This document shows, piece after piece, positions 49,914 through 59,978 of a DNA stretch of 64,000 nt. The stretch lies in IMG/VR virus record IMGVR_UViG_3300013108_000188. The stretch is one strand, 5' to 3'. The stretch comes from a virus. The first letter of the stretch is position 1. Every line of letters starts with the position of its first letter. Under the pieces are notes generated by a model. That model did no database searches. It was not told where the DNA came from and saw nothing but the letters and a program-made list of their open reading frames with translations. The position numbers were made by a program, and so were the translations under genes.

Positions 49914-51551
49914 CTAATCTATATTAATTGTATTTCCCATTCCTGCGTGTGATGTACATTGGTAATATAATGTAGATGGAGCGTTCATAGGTACGCAGAA
50001 AGTTATCGTTCCACTACCTGTTGAGTTATTATCTACACCAAATCCATATGCACTTCCACCACTTGCTGTTCTTATTTCAAATGGATGTGAAGCACCACTA
50101 GATACCGTAAAAGTATAAGTGTGTCCTTTCTTTAAATAAAGTACAGGATCATTTTGCGAACCACCACTATTATGAGTAGTAAATCCATCACCTGTAAATG
50201 TAAAATCTGTTGAACCGTTATTGGTTACATTGAAATTAGCTGCTACTTTTGATTGTGGAGTATAATGACCAGGTATCCATCTTCCAGTACCACTAACATT
50301 TGTATATACTAAAACTTCTCCGTAATTTGGAGCAGTTGTAGTTGTATCAACATCTGATAATCTGTCAACACTATCGTTTTCTGTTATAATGTTAATCCAA
50401 CCAGAACTTGTAGCAAAGTGTCCTTTACTATCACTAGTGGTTACAGCGAACATACCAGTATAGTTTGTAGCACTTGGTAAAGCACCAGTATTTGTAAAAT
50501 CAAATCTAGCTTTTCCACCAGAACCAGTTAAATCTAAATTACCTGTTCCTGAAATTGTAAATCCAGCAGTATCTAAACCAGCACCAAGTACTGGACTTGT
50601 ATCGTCTGATAATTCTGAAGTAATAGATGTAGGTTTCCAAGCTGTAGAAGCACCAACCCAAGTTAATACTTGTCCATCTGTTGGAGTTGCAGTTGTTGTA
50701 TCTACATCAGCAAAAATATCAATTGATGATAATGTAGTTGCGATTTCGTTCCAAGTATTATTAGAAGCAAGGTAACCTTTGTGAGTTGATGTATCAACAG
50801 CGAAAGCACCAGCATAAGTAGCTGCCGATTCAAAACTTGCAAGGGCATTAGCACCTTGAGCAATAAATGAACCTATTGTTGCACATCTTAATTTAACATT
50901 ACCAGTTGATACTCCAGTTAAATCTGGATTATCAATTGTTTTGTTTGAAAGTGATTGTGTATCTGAAGTGGTAACAACCGTGCTATCTATTGCAATTGAA
51001 ATATTGTCGTCTGATACGGTTGTTGCTATTCCAGTACCACCACCAAAGTTAAGTGTATCACCTACGGTATATGTGTCGTTTGTTCCAGTATCAGCAGAAA
51101 GAGTAATTGTACTTCCTACTTGTTTCCAATACATTGCACTTGCGCCATCAGTTGCAAGTACATAATTTGATGTTCCAACCGTAGTTGGAAATGTTAATGT
51201 GTCTAATTTAATTTTTCCTGTGCCGTGTGGGATTAATTCAATGTCTCCATTTGTAGCAGAAACAATTTTGTTTCCATTTACATCTAAATCACCACCTAAT
51301 TGAGGCGTTAAGTCAACTGATATGTCTCCAGCAGCTGCCGAGTTCGTTGGTTCAAATCTATTGTTTGAAGTTGACCATTGTAATATTTGGTTTGAAGAAG
51401 CACCAGCAGTTGTAATGTTTAATGCTGTTCCTGTTCCTATTGCTGTATATAATTCATTAAAGTTATCATTTATCTTATCACCACCGACACGAAGACTATC
51501 ACCTGTGCCGTCATTTGCCGAACTTCCTAATCCTACCGTTTGTTTTGCCAT
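49914..51551 (-). CDS. Baseplate/fibre connector (gp9/gp10-like N-terminus) with C-terminal cupredoxin-like domain
   Basis: GSSANDGTGDSLRVGGDKINDNFNELY; PQLGGDLDVNG; C-terminal SHPFEI...LYYQCTSHAGMG. Confidence 0.75.
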   Translation of the reverse strand: MAKQTVGLGSSANDGTGDSLRVGGDKINDNFNELYTAIGTGTALNITTAGASSNQILQWSTSNNRFEPTNSAAAGDISVDLTPQLGGDLDVNGNKIVSATNGDIELIPHGTGKIKLDTLTFPTTVGTSNYVLATDGASAMYWKQVGSTITLSADTGTNDTYTVGDTLNFGGGTGIATTVSDDNISIAIDSTVVTTSDTQSLSNKTIDNPDLTGVSTGNVKLRCATIGSFIAQGANALASFESAATYAGAFAVDTSTHKGYLASNNTWNEIATTLSSIDIFADVDTTTATPTDGQVLTWVGASTAWKPTSITSELSDDTSPVLGAGLDTAGFTISGTGNLDLTGSGGKARFDFTNTGALPSATNYTGMFAVTTSDSKGHFATSSGWINIITENDSVDRLSDVDTTTTAPNYGEVLVYTNVSGTGRWIPGHYTPQSKVAANFNVTNNGSTDFTFTGDGFTTHNSGGSQNDPVLYLKKGHTYTFTVSSGASHPFEIRTASGGSAYGFGVDNNSTGSGTITFCVPMNAPSTLYYQCTSHAGMGNTINID

Positions 51552-51573
51552 ATCTTTATTCCTATTATTCTAA

Positions 51574-51581
51574 TATTTATA
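51574..51581 (-). promoter_or_regulatory. T4-type late promoter TATAAATA
   Basis: TATTTATA on the + strand in the intergenic gap. Confidence 0.65.
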
Positions 51582-51589
51582 CGCCATCT

Positions 51590-54145
51590 TTATGAGGTAG
51601 CGTCAAAAGTAGATGTCCCACTACTAAATTTTTTACTTGTATTACTAAACAGACCTTGTGGTACTAAAATTTCAACAGGTAAAGTAATATATGTCTTTGC
51701 TATAGTTGCTAAATCCCCAAATTGTACTGCTGTTCCATCTGCTGAAGTATTTGTTCCTATAACTCTTAAATCGTTAACTCTTGCCCAATTCATCGCACTT
51801 GTATTAAACATACCTTGGAATCTACTATCAAATTCTCTTAATCTTGGACCTGCATATGTAGAACCAAAATTTGTATTAATTGTTCTGAAATAATAAAACG
51901 GTTTAAATTGAAAAGAATACGCTATTGGAGTTTGCGTTAAGGTAACATCCCTAGTTGTTGTTGAGAAAGGAGATTTATTACCTTGGGCAACATCAGCAGC
52001 TTTTCCTTCAAGTGGATTACTTCTTAAACTTGTTCCATCAGTTTTTGTTCCTAATCTTCTACCAAATACACTACCAAACAATGTGTTTAATAATGTAATC
52101 CAAGGACTTGCAGTAATACCAGTAACCCTTCCAACAACAGGCATTTTAATTCTGTTATCTAATCTACTTTCAATATTAACTTGTCCTGTAAAGTAGAAAC
52201 CAGCAGGGTGCATAGTCTTTTTAAAACTATCTCTCCACTCATCAATAGTACGACCTACTTTAACAACATATGAGAAATCCTGATAGTATAAACTATCTTG
52301 TATCTTCATTGTTGTTTCTGATAAGTGTCCGTCTTCTGAAATATATTTACCTTCACTAGTTGATAATCCTACAACATCAACCGTTGCAGTTGCTGGGTCT
52401 GTTTTACCCATTGTACCAGTTATACCTGAAAGACTACCTGTTAAAGTTTCATTTGCAGAATAGGAATTAGCATTTCTATCTTTTAATCTTAATAATTTTC
52501 TATTACTATCCCAACTTACTACAACACCAGTTGCACTAGAATTAGAACCTGTAACCGTTTCGCCAGCAGCATAGTTTCCATTTGAACCTAATACAACAAT
52601 TGATTCATAAAACCCAACCGTTGGAGGTGTTGACGCTTGCTCGTGTGAGCGACCACTTTCTACAATATCAACTCCTAATAATTTTCCTACTTCATCTCCA
52701 TATGCAAGTAATTCAGCATTAACTCCATTTGTACTATTAATAGTAACCAAAGGTGTTATTGTATAACCAGAACCACTATTAATTAATCTTATATCTGTAA
52801 TATCTCCTACACCATTTTCTAAAACAATTTTATCACCTGGGTTAATATCATTTTTACTTGTTGCAGTTTCAAAAAGTATATGTCCGTCTGTTCCTGTTTC
52901 ATTTGCAATTGCTCCATTAATAACAGCAACTTCAGCAACAGCTCCACCACCATTTGTATTTGTATTATCAAAAACTAATTGGTCACCTATTTGATATTGT
53001 GTACCAGCAGCGTTTATATAAAAATTTGTTAGTCCAGAACTACCTACTTCTCCAACTTGACAGACTGAACCTAATCCACCGCCTGTAAGTTTAACATTAT
53101 CTCCAACTTTATAGTTTGCACCATCATTTGTTATTGTAAATGTTCCAGGAACACCAGTAACCTCAGCTTTGATATAAACATCATCGGTATCTGATTTTGT
53201 TCCTCTAATTGTTTCACCTACAGAAAAAATTCCTACAATACTACCTTGGTTTAATAATAATTCTGATACAAGTTTGTCACCAATTTGGTATCTATTTAAA
53301 TTTTCTACAATTGCAGTTGCACCAGAAGTTAAACCTGTAATTTGTCTACCAGTTAAATCTCCTGTATTACCTACACTATTGATTGTTCTTAAAACTTGAT
53401 TAGAAGTAAATTCTCCATCTGATACTCTTAACATTTGTTCTTTTGGATAAAAGATTTCAGAATTTACACCAAATAATAATCTAAAAAATAATTCGTGTCC
53501 TTTTGCAGTCCCTTTAGTACGATATAAAGTTTTTACTCTTTTAATTAATTCTCTTTTATTAACATCACCGTGTAAATCTTCTGGAATTGTATTTAAGACT
53601 TCATTTCTAAATTGATTTAGAAAATGTTGAATAACTTTATCGGGATCTCTAAAGTTTAATAAATCTTGGATTGATTTTACTGGATTTGGTCTATAAGTTC
53701 CTGCAACACCTGAAGCACCAGAAGTTTGACCTATTATAGTTTCACCTTCTATAAATTTATCATTTGCATTTATGAATAGTCTGCCATTTTTCAAATCTTC
53801 TGCTAATATTGCTGTTTCAGCATTAGAAGTTTGACCTTTTATAATTTCACCGAAAGTAAATTTACCATAAGTAGAACTTTCTTGTAAAACTTTATCGCCA
53901 GCGTCTATTTGAGTTGCTTCTGAACCAAGTCTACTTGCGTCCAACAATAATCTGTTAGATTGACCTGTTTCTGTTTCTAATAAGATACCTTCTGTTGATT
54001 GAGATTCAGTAATACCCAATTCAGCACATTCCATAAATGTAAAATATGCTTTTAGAAATTCTACAAATTTAGGATGGTCTGATATTACAAATTCAGGTAC
54101 TTGTCCTTGAATAAGACTGGTAATCTTTTTAGTAAACTTCGCCAT
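51590..54145 (-). CDS. g7: Baseplate wedge initiator (gp7-like)
   Basis: QVPEFV..DHPKFVEFLKAYF, LYRTKGT...FFRLLFG, IQDSLYYQDFSYV, MHPAGF; follows g6. Confidence 0.8.
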   Translation of the reverse strand: MAKFTKKITSLIQGQVPEFVISDHPKFVEFLKAYFTFMECAELGITESQSTEGILLETETGQSNRLLLDASRLGSEATQIDAGDKVLQESSTYGKFTFGEIIKGQTSNAETAILAEDLKNGRLFINANDKFIEGETIIGQTSGASGVAGTYRPNPVKSIQDLLNFRDPDKVIQHFLNQFRNEVLNTIPEDLHGDVNKRELIKRVKTLYRTKGTAKGHELFFRLLFGVNSEIFYPKEQMLRVSDGEFTSNQVLRTINSVGNTGDLTGRQITGLTSGATAIVENLNRYQIGDKLVSELLLNQGSIVGIFSVGETIRGTKSDTDDVYIKAEVTGVPGTFTITNDGANYKVGDNVKLTGGGLGSVCQVGEVGSSGLTNFYINAAGTQYQIGDQLVFDNTNTNGGGAVAEVAVINGAIANETGTDGHILFETATSKNDINPGDKIVLENGVGDITDIRLINSGSGYTITPLVTINSTNGVNAELLAYGDEVGKLLGVDIVESGRSHEQASTPPTVGFYESIVVLGSNGNYAAGETVTGSNSSATGVVVSWDSNRKLLRLKDRNANSYSANETLTGSLSGITGTMGKTDPATATVDVVGLSTSEGKYISEDGHLSETTMKIQDSLYYQDFSYVVKVGRTIDEWRDSFKKTMHPAGFYFTGQVNIESRLDNRIKMPVVGRVTGITASPWITLLNTLFGSVFGRRLGTKTDGTSLRSNPLEGKAADVAQGNKSPFSTTTRDVTLTQTPIAYSFQFKPFYYFRTINTNFGSTYAGPRLREFDSRFQGMFNTSAMNWARVNDLRVIGTNTSADGTAVQFGDLATIAKTYITLPVEILVPQGLFSNTSKKFSSGTSTFDATS

Positions 54146-54150
54146 TTATT

Positions 54151-56004
54151 TTAGTAAGAGCTTGTTGTAGTGTAACCAACTCCTGCGTCTGAACTTCCTG
54201 CGACAAAAGTATCTTTTTCAACCGTAAAATTAGAATTAGTAATATCTATTTCTATTATTTGGTCTCTAACTGGTACAATGTCTTTAGAAGCAGGTTGCAC
54301 GGTTAACTCTATAACACTTGAAGCACTTCCTCTTATGTTTGAAATTGATGTCACCTGTAATGAATTGATTGTTATAGCACCTGTCGTATAATCTATTGTA
54401 CCTTGCGTTGAGTTTGAATAAACTCTTGTTGCACCTGACAAATAATATCTTCTTACTATTCCATTACCATCATCATCTAAAAATTGTTCATTAGTATCAC
54501 CACTTACTTTAAATCCTGTTGATGATAATATACCACCAGCACTTGCGTTATGTCCACTATGAGGATTGTATAATGAGTTTCTAAAATAAACATTATACTT
54601 CAATGAACTATTTAAAGTAGGTGTTAAATCTTTTCTTATTTTTAAAGTTGTTATGTTTGATAAAATTGAAGTATCAACATCATCAATTAATGTAGCAACT
54701 TTACTATGTCTGAATACACTATCAAATTTTTGAAGTGTAGTAGCATTATAATTTGTTATTGCCTGAATAATATTTGCTTTTAATGTATCAGCGTCTTTAG
54801 TCGTTGCCGAAGAATTAAATTTTGCTGTTGAGTTTAATATTATACTTGTTGTTTCTGGATCTATTATCATAGGAGTAACCGAAGCAACATTATATTCTTT
54901 TAGTTTAGCAACAATGTCTGCTTTTGTTTGTGTAGTTAAAGTAGAACCACTAGCGGCCTTAATTGCAATTTTAACAACACCATAAATTGGTGTTTCGTCA
55001 TCTTCACCACCCCAAGCACTTACGGCCAAAGCGTTTGGATATAAAGACCTAACTTTTGTTTCGTAATCAGAAGTGGTTACTGCTCTATCTTGCGATGAGT
55101 ATTGTAAAGGAGCATTAAATCTAATACTCTCTTTTGATTCAGGTTCACTTCCACCTTGCGATACTGATTGAGTTGCAACCGTTATGTTTGAAAAGTTTCC
55201 AATGTTACCTGCAGGTGTAAATGTTTTAGCACCATTAGATAATGCTTTATTGGTTACAATATATTCCATAATAACAATATTTCCATTTGATAATTTCTTA
55301 CCAAGTATATTATCACCAAAGGTTACACAATACTTACCTGTTTCTGTTTCACTTAAAAAATAAACGGTAGATGTATTATCTAGTTTTGTTAAACCTGTAA
55401 CCGAACTATATGTTGTTTGGTTTGTATCTGTTAAACTTGTTTGAACTTTTATTTTTAGAGTTGTTGTGTCAGCGTTTGCACTAGGAATTAAAAACTTTTG
55501 GTCGGGATCCTGTGTATCAACCGTATATCTAAATGTAATTGGTGTTCCTTCATATAAGGTTACATTTGAAAACTTAAATACACCATCAACAGGTGTAATT
55601 GTAATTTCATCATTAGTAATATAATTGAAAGCAGTACCATCAACAGCAGTTGTAAAGGTTTGTCCTTTATTCATTGTTAGAGTTGTTCCTGTTGCGTCAT
55701 TAACGGTAATGTCAACTGAAGCAGTTGGAGATTTTGAAGATGTAGGAGTATAACCTAACATCTTAGCAAGTGAAACTACATTTGCTCTTACATCAGCAGA
55801 ATCCAAATACATTTCATTTGCCAACATATTGGCATTGAAACCAAGATAGTGTGTATTGTATGCTAATGTATCTAATAAAACAGCAAAACCAGAACCTTCA
55901 AAATTATAGTCAGAAAATTCTGCCTGACTTTGTAAAAATACTTTTAAGTTTGCTTTTATCTGGTCAAAATCTAATTCCGAAATATCTATCTTTGTGCTTG
56001 CCAT
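54151..56004 (-). CDS. g6: Baseplate wedge subunit (gp6)
   Basis: LDFDQIKANLK, DYNFEGSG, LAYNTHY, VVSLAKMLGY, FGDNILGK, QDRAVTTSDY, WGGED. Confidence 0.95.
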   Translation of the reverse strand: MASTKIDISELDFDQIKANLKVFLQSQAEFSDYNFEGSGFAVLLDTLAYNTHYLGFNANMLANEMYLDSADVRANVVSLAKMLGYTPTSSKSPTASVDITVNDATGTTLTMNKGQTFTTAVDGTAFNYITNDEITITPVDGVFKFSNVTLYEGTPITFRYTVDTQDPDQKFLIPSANADTTTLKIKVQTSLTDTNQTTYSSVTGLTKLDNTSTVYFLSETETGKYCVTFGDNILGKKLSNGNIVIMEYIVTNKALSNGAKTFTPAGNIGNFSNITVATQSVSQGGSEPESKESIRFNAPLQYSSQDRAVTTSDYETKVRSLYPNALAVSAWGGEDDETPIYGVVKIAIKAASGSTLTTQTKADIVAKLKEYNVASVTPMIIDPETTSIILNSTAKFNSSATTKDADTLKANIIQAITNYNATTLQKFDSVFRHSKVATLIDDVDTSILSNITTLKIRKDLTPTLNSSLKYNVYFRNSLYNPHSGHNASAGGILSSTGFKVSGDTNEQFLDDDGNGIVRRYYLSGATRVYSNSTQGTIDYTTGAITINSLQVTSISNIRGSASSVIELTVQPASKDIVPVRDQIIEIDITNSNFTVEKDTFVAGSSDAGVGYTTTSSY

Positions 56005-56020
56005 TATTCTTTCCTAATTA

Positions 56021-56248
56021 TTAATCAAAGTAAGTTTTTGATAACTCACCTCGTTCTACCGTTGTGCCTTTTTTTCTACATCTTATATAAACTTGTACCG
56101 TACCACCACCTGGTTTAGTATATGTTCTAATTCCACTAGCGATTACTGAATTAGCACCGTCAGCTGAATCTGGATATGTGTTTGATATAGTAGCAGCATT
56201 ATCGTACTGCCAAATACTATTACTTCCTGGAATATCTACCCACGCCAT
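56021..56248 (-). CDS. Hypothetical protein (75 aa)
   Basis: ORF tightly packed between g25 and g6. Confidence 0.6.
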   Translation of the reverse strand: MAWVDIPGSNSIWQYDNAATISNTYPDSADGANSVIASGIRTYTKPGGGTVQVYIRCRKKGTTVERGELSKTYFD

Positions 56249-56249
56249 C

Positions 56250-56675
56250 TTATCTTAACCTTGTTAAATATGTTTCTACAACAACTGGTGTTGAAATACC
56301 GACAACATAGAAACTAATTTGTATATGGTATCTATTTGCGTCTTCTTGTGGTTGAGCAATAACATTTACTATCTTTGCTCTAGGTTCAAAGTTAGTTAAA
56401 ACTTCTATTACCTTTCTTTCAAGGTTTAACGCAGTAAGAGGTGTCATATTTTCAAATAACAATCCTCTTATATCACTTCCTATTTCTGGATGAAAAGGTC
56501 TCTCATAATGATTTGTTTGTATTAAATTCTTTACACTTCTTTTTACAGAATCTACATCATTAAGTTTAACTATATCCGAGGTAACTGGATTTCTTGTAAA
56601 GTCTAAATCTAAATCAGAATATATCCGATTTACTCTTTCTTTACTAACTGAACTTTTTGAATCGTAGATTGCCAT
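56250..56675 (-). CDS. g25: Baseplate wedge subunit (gp25)
   Basis: YSDLDLDF, SVKRSVKNLIQT...ERPFHPEIGS...LLFE, FEPRA. Confidence 0.93.
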   Translation of the reverse strand: MAIYDSKSSVSKERVNRIYSDLDLDFTRNPVTSDIVKLNDVDSVKRSVKNLIQTNHYERPFHPEIGSDIRGLLFENMTPLTALNLERKVIEVLTNFEPRAKIVNVIAQPQEDANRYHIQISFYVVGISTPVVVETYLTRLR

Positions 56676-56683
56676 AACTTATA

Positions 56684-56691
56684 TATTTATA
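56684..56691 (-). promoter_or_regulatory. T4-type late promoter TATAAATA upstream of g25
   Basis: TATTTATA on the + strand 9 nt from the g25 ATG. Confidence 0.65.
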
Positions 56692-56693
56692 CA

Positions 56694-56981
56694 CTAACCA
56701 GCAAACACATTTGGAGAACCTTCGGCAACACTTGTACAACCTGATAATGCGTCACCTATTCTACCACAACCTTTACCGTTTATAAACACGGTTGTTGAAC
56801 CTGTTGCAATTGGTTTAGCGTGAGGTATACAAGGTACAGCAGGTAATAAGTGTGTCGTGTTATTATCACCTTGTCTACTAACGGCTATACCGTTGCAAAA
56901 TACATTTGGACTACCTACTGCTCTGGTCATACCAGAACAATGGGCAACATCGGCGTCTCCTATCCTCGTAACCGCTGGCAT
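56694..56981 (-). CDS. PAAR-repeat spike tip protein (gp5.4-like)
   Basis: MPAVTRIGD, GSPNVFCNG..VSRQGD, GSTTVFING..CGRIGD, GSPNVFAG. Confidence 0.92.
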   Translation of the reverse strand: MPAVTRIGDADVAHCSGMTRAVGSPNVFCNGIAVSRQGDNNTTHLLPAVPCIPHAKPIATGSTTVFINGKGCGRIGDALSGCTSVAEGSPNVFAG

Positions 56982-57169
56982 TCTCTCTCCATTAATTGTT
57001 TTAGTTTATCTGTAAATGTTTCTATGTAATTATGTTGTTCTTCTGTATGAGGTGGTTCTGGAAAATCAGGTTTAAATGAAATTACTGCTCCAATTTCATT
57101 TGGAATATCATTTATGTTGTTATATGTAAAAATTCTATTTTTAATTCTTACTTTAAATTCACCTTCCAT
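56960..57169 (-). CDS. Hypothetical protein (69 aa)
   Basis: ISFKPDFPEPPHTEEQH; overlaps the PAAR start. Confidence 0.6.
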   Translation of the reverse strand: MEGEFKVRIKNRIFTYNNINDIPNEIGAVISFKPDFPEPPHTEEQHNYIETFTDKLKQLMERECQRLRG

Positions 57170-57207
57170 TATTTTTTACCTCTCTTTTGTAATATTTATT
57201 AGAAAAT

Positions 57208-57417
57208 TTAAAAATTACACTTAAATTGGAAACTTTTTCTTGCCTCATTCAAACTTTTTAGTAAATTTACTTTATCAACCTTTTCAATATCGCCTGATTC
57301 TGAAATTTCTGGGAAAAAACTACAATTTACAAGGTTTTTTGAACATCCAGAGAACAAAAAGAGAACAAACACCAAAAAAAGTGTTGATTTTATTGATTTT
57401 TTTGTAATTTTTCTCAT
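57208..57417 (-). CDS. Putative small lipoprotein
   Basis: Basic N-terminus, hydrophobic stretch, lipobox-like LFSGC. Confidence 0.45.
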   Translation of the reverse strand: MRKITKKSIKSTLFLVFVLFLFSGCSKNLVNCSFFPEISESGDIEKVDKVNLLKSLNEARKSFQFKCNF

Positions 57418-57424
57418 ATTTTGC

Positions 57425-57453
57425 TTGACAATTGTTTGGAATTAAGGTAATAT
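57425..57453 (+). promoter_or_regulatory. Sigma70-type early promoter (TTGACA-17 nt-TAATAT)
   Basis: Perfect -35 at 57425-57430 and -10 at 57448-57453, directly before the plus-strand gene block. Confidence 0.75.
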
Positions 57454-57486
57454 AGTATGTATATGACAACAAAAAGGATAAACACT

Positions 57487-57750
57487 ATGAAAAACAGAAG
57501 AAAAAAAGTATTTGAAAGAGTTGTAAATCCAGTTTTATTAAAATACTTAACAAAATCACACTCTAGTGAAGTATCTATCGCAAAAGGTATTCCTATGAAG
57601 TATTTAAAGTACTTTAAAGAAGTATCTGCTCATAAAAATGCGAAAAAAATTAGATACAGATATAGAGGTAAATCTAAAATCAATTATAATAGAGACCAAT
57701 CGTATTGTCTTATGAATTTTGCCGATACTTTTGCAGTTTATTATAGATAA
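57487..57750 (+). CDS. Basic hypothetical protein (early-type)
   Basis: Start reassigned to the ATG at 57487 behind AAGGA..AAACACT; very Lys/Arg-rich (KKIRYRYRGKS). Confidence 0.65.
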   Translation: MKNRRKKVFERVVNPVLLKYLTKSHSSEVSIAKGIPMKYLKYFKEVSAHKNAKKIRYRYRGKSKINYNRDQSYCLMNFADTFAVYYR

Positions 57751-57768
57751 CCAAAAAGGAGAAACACT

Positions 57769-58143
57769 ATGTACAACAGAACTATGGTATTTGAGAAAGC
57801 CGACACATTAGATAAAGGTATTGCTTTATTGATGGAAGGTGCTAAAAAAGACTATTACAATTCTTCTACTTCAAATGGTCAGAAAGACCTAGGTAGTTAT
57901 TGTAAAGAACAATTAGATAATTGGGATAAAATGATTTCTATTACTAACGGAAAGAAGTATATTAAAATTGTTAGAGATAGAGGAGTTTTTGCTTTTATCG
58001 TAAAAGAAGACTTTAAACATTTTAAGAAAGGTGATATATTGAAACCTGCTGGTTTTAATGCACCTGCATTAAATCAACCTAGAGGAAATGTTCTAAATGG
58101 GAATTATCCTATTCAATGGACTGGACCTCTTTATTTAAAATAA
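57769..58143 (+). CDS. Conserved-type phage hypothetical protein (124 aa)
   Basis: Strong AAGGAG RBS; KKYIKIV, VFAFI, GDILKPAG..APA...RGNV motif. Confidence 0.75.
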   Translation: MYNRTMVFEKADTLDKGIALLMEGAKKDYYNSSTSNGQKDLGSYCKEQLDNWDKMISITNGKKYIKIVRDRGVFAFIVKEDFKHFKKGDILKPAGFNAPALNQPRGNVLNGNYPIQWTGPLYLK

Positions 58144-58156
58144 GGAGCTAAACACT

Positions 58157-58363
58157 ATGAAAAAAATAATAGAATATTTAACTATTGTTTTGTCAGTTGC
58201 TGGTACATTAATGTTAGTATGTGCCGCTGGAGCAATTGATGGTGGATATAAAGGAATACCAATGAATAATGATTGGGTTGCTTGTGGAGTATTTACTTTG
58301 TTAGGACTAACAATGTTTATACTTGCGTTATATTCACAGGAACTTTATAAAGAACAAAAATAA
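58157..58363 (+). CDS. Small two-helix membrane protein
   Basis: AAGGAG RBS; two hydrophobic segments flanking AGAIDG. Confidence 0.7.
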   Translation: MKKIIEYLTIVLSVAGTLMLVCAAGAIDGGYKGIPMNNDWVACGVFTLLGLTMFILALYSQELYKEQK

Positions 58364-58494
58364 TGCCAAAATATACACAATACGATATTGATATGTTTTG
58401 TAAATACGGCGATTGGGACGATGAAGAAGAAACTGGTTTAACCCAGGAAGATATTGACCACGCCGCTAAAAACGGATACAATCCTTTTGATTAA
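58363..58494 (+). CDS. Small acidic protein (43 aa)
   Basis: TAATG coupling; MPKYTQYDIDMFCKYGDWDDEEETGLTQEDIDHAAKNGYNPFD. Confidence 0.5.
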   Translation: MPKYTQYDIDMFCKYGDWDDEEETGLTQEDIDHAAKNGYNPFD

Positions 58495-58781
58495 ACTGCC
58501 CAAGGAGTATAACCTTGCTCTTTGGCAGTTGAGTCGTCTTCACTTTCAATTGCCATAACTTCAGGTACATAGTGCCTCATCATACTCTCAACACCTTGTC
58601 TTAATGTTTGTTGCGACATCGCACAACCAGAACAACTACCTGCCATTTGTAATTTTAAGATTCCATTATCATATGATATAAAATTAATCTTACCATTATG
58701 AGCGGCAACTGATGGAGCTACTTTCTCGTCTAATATGTGTTTTATATTTTCTATAATTTCTTCGTTTGTTCTATCTGTCAT
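58491..58781 (-). CDS. NifU/NfuA C-terminal-domain Fe-S carrier protein
   Basis: VAPSVAAHNGKI, LQMAGSCSGC (CxxC), TLRQGVE. Confidence 0.9.
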   Translation of the reverse strand: MTDRTNEEIIENIKHILDEKVAPSVAAHNGKINFISYDNGILKLQMAGSCSGCAMSQQTLRQGVESMMRHYVPEVMAIESEDDSTAKEQGYTPWAV

Positions 58782-59527
58782 TTTAAATTTAACTTCGCAT
58801 TGTTAACTCTATTTTGTGGTACTTGTTCTAATACATAATTACCACTTATACTTATTCTTTCAAAGTCCTTATAATATGCTGGTACATAATGATTTAAACC
58901 AGCAGGAAAAACAAACATTAATCCTTTATATGGTTTAACAGCAAAACTATTCATTTGTAATTGTGTTATTCTTTCTCCATATTGAAATACTATTTGACCT
59001 GCGTGTTGACTATTGGTAACAGGAACCTCTTTAGTAAATATCTCATCATCTATTTCTCCATAGATAACGAAACTAAACATACCACCGTGGTCGTGTATTG
59101 GATTATGGTCACCTGCTTGTTGAAAGTTTATCCATAGTTGTTGTAATCTTAATGCACCCATACCACCAGATTGTCCCATCATCAATTTTTGTATGTTAGG
59201 CCAATCAGGTCCATTATTGTTTTGTAGTATTTCAAACATTTCAAAAACTTTTTGTACTATTGCTTTATCAGCTTTATTTCTAACATCATTATCAGGTCCT
59301 GCAGGATATTGAATACTAGTTCCTCTTTTCATATTACCTGCAAGTTTAAGTCTATGGTCTTTATCTTTATCGTTTCTTGTTCGTTGTCCTTCTTTAATCA
59401 ACATATCAATTATTTCATTATCCATTTCACAACGATATATTGGTGGACCAAAAGGGTATAGTACTTCTCCATTTATCTTTGGATGTACCATTTGTGGTAT
59501 GATTGTTTGTTCTCTAAATTTTGTCAT
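58778..59527 (-). CDS. Putative 2OG-Fe(II) oxygenase
   Basis: WINFQQAGDHNPIHDH, FSFVIY, FVFPAGLNHYV, RISISGN. Confidence 0.8.
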   Translation of the reverse strand: MTKFREQTIIPQMVHPKINGEVLYPFGPPIYRCEMDNEIIDMLIKEGQRTRNDKDKDHRLKLAGNMKRGTSIQYPAGPDNDVRNKADKAIVQKVFEMFEILQNNNGPDWPNIQKLMMGQSGGMGALRLQQLWINFQQAGDHNPIHDHGGMFSFVIYGEIDDEIFTKEVPVTNSQHAGQIVFQYGERITQLQMNSFAVKPYKGLMFVFPAGLNHYVPAYYKDFERISISGNYVLEQVPQNRVNNAKLNLK

Positions 59528-59529
59528 AA

Positions 59530-59718
59530 TTAATATTTTTCAACATCTTCTAATATAGCATTTGTAGCATCCACTAATTCTTTTGTGGTGTACTTACTTT
59601 TATTTTCTTGTAATTTCATTTCATACTTTACTATAATATCACTTAATCTTTGAGCAGGCCAATTTGCTTGTACCATTTCGTCTCTTAATTCTCTTAAATC
59701 TTTTAATATATCTTCCAT
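59530..59718 (-). CDS. Hypothetical protein (62 aa)
   Basis: Helical ORF in a tightly packed run. Confidence 0.55.
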   Translation of the reverse strand: MEDILKDLRELRDEMVQANWPAQRLSDIIVKYEMKLQENKSKYTTKELVDATNAILEDVEKY

Positions 59719-59738
59719 ACTATTATATTATCAGTTTA

Positions 59739-59978
59739 TTATTCTTTTGTCAATATGCCAAGGTCTTTTATTGTATCGTTTAAAAACTTATTCTTTTCCT
59801 TCAACATCTTATTTTCAATGGTTAATACTTCAATTCTTTTAGTCATATCTAAATCACCTCTTTCATCATCTAATACCATTTGCAATTGTCTTTTTAACAA
59901 ATCCATCTGATACTGATAATCTTTCTCTAAAGGAAGATTGACTTCAGCATTATCCCATAATGTTATTTCTTCTGTCAT
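59739..59978 (-). CDS. Hypothetical coiled-coil protein
   Basis: Start MTEEIT coupled to the iscA stop (TAATG). Confidence 0.55.
   Translation of the reverse strand: MTEEITLWDNAEVNLPLEKDYQYQMDLLKRQLQMVLDDERGDLDMTKRIEVLTIENKMLKEKNKFLNDTIKDLGILTKE

Noticed and set aside
796-51893. Numerous plus-strand ORFs in the track (e.g. 1800-2135, 22665-23117, 24633-25163, 28024-28446, 41475-41873)
   Set aside because: They are antisense shadows of well-supported minus-strand genes, with no RBS or recognisable motifs.
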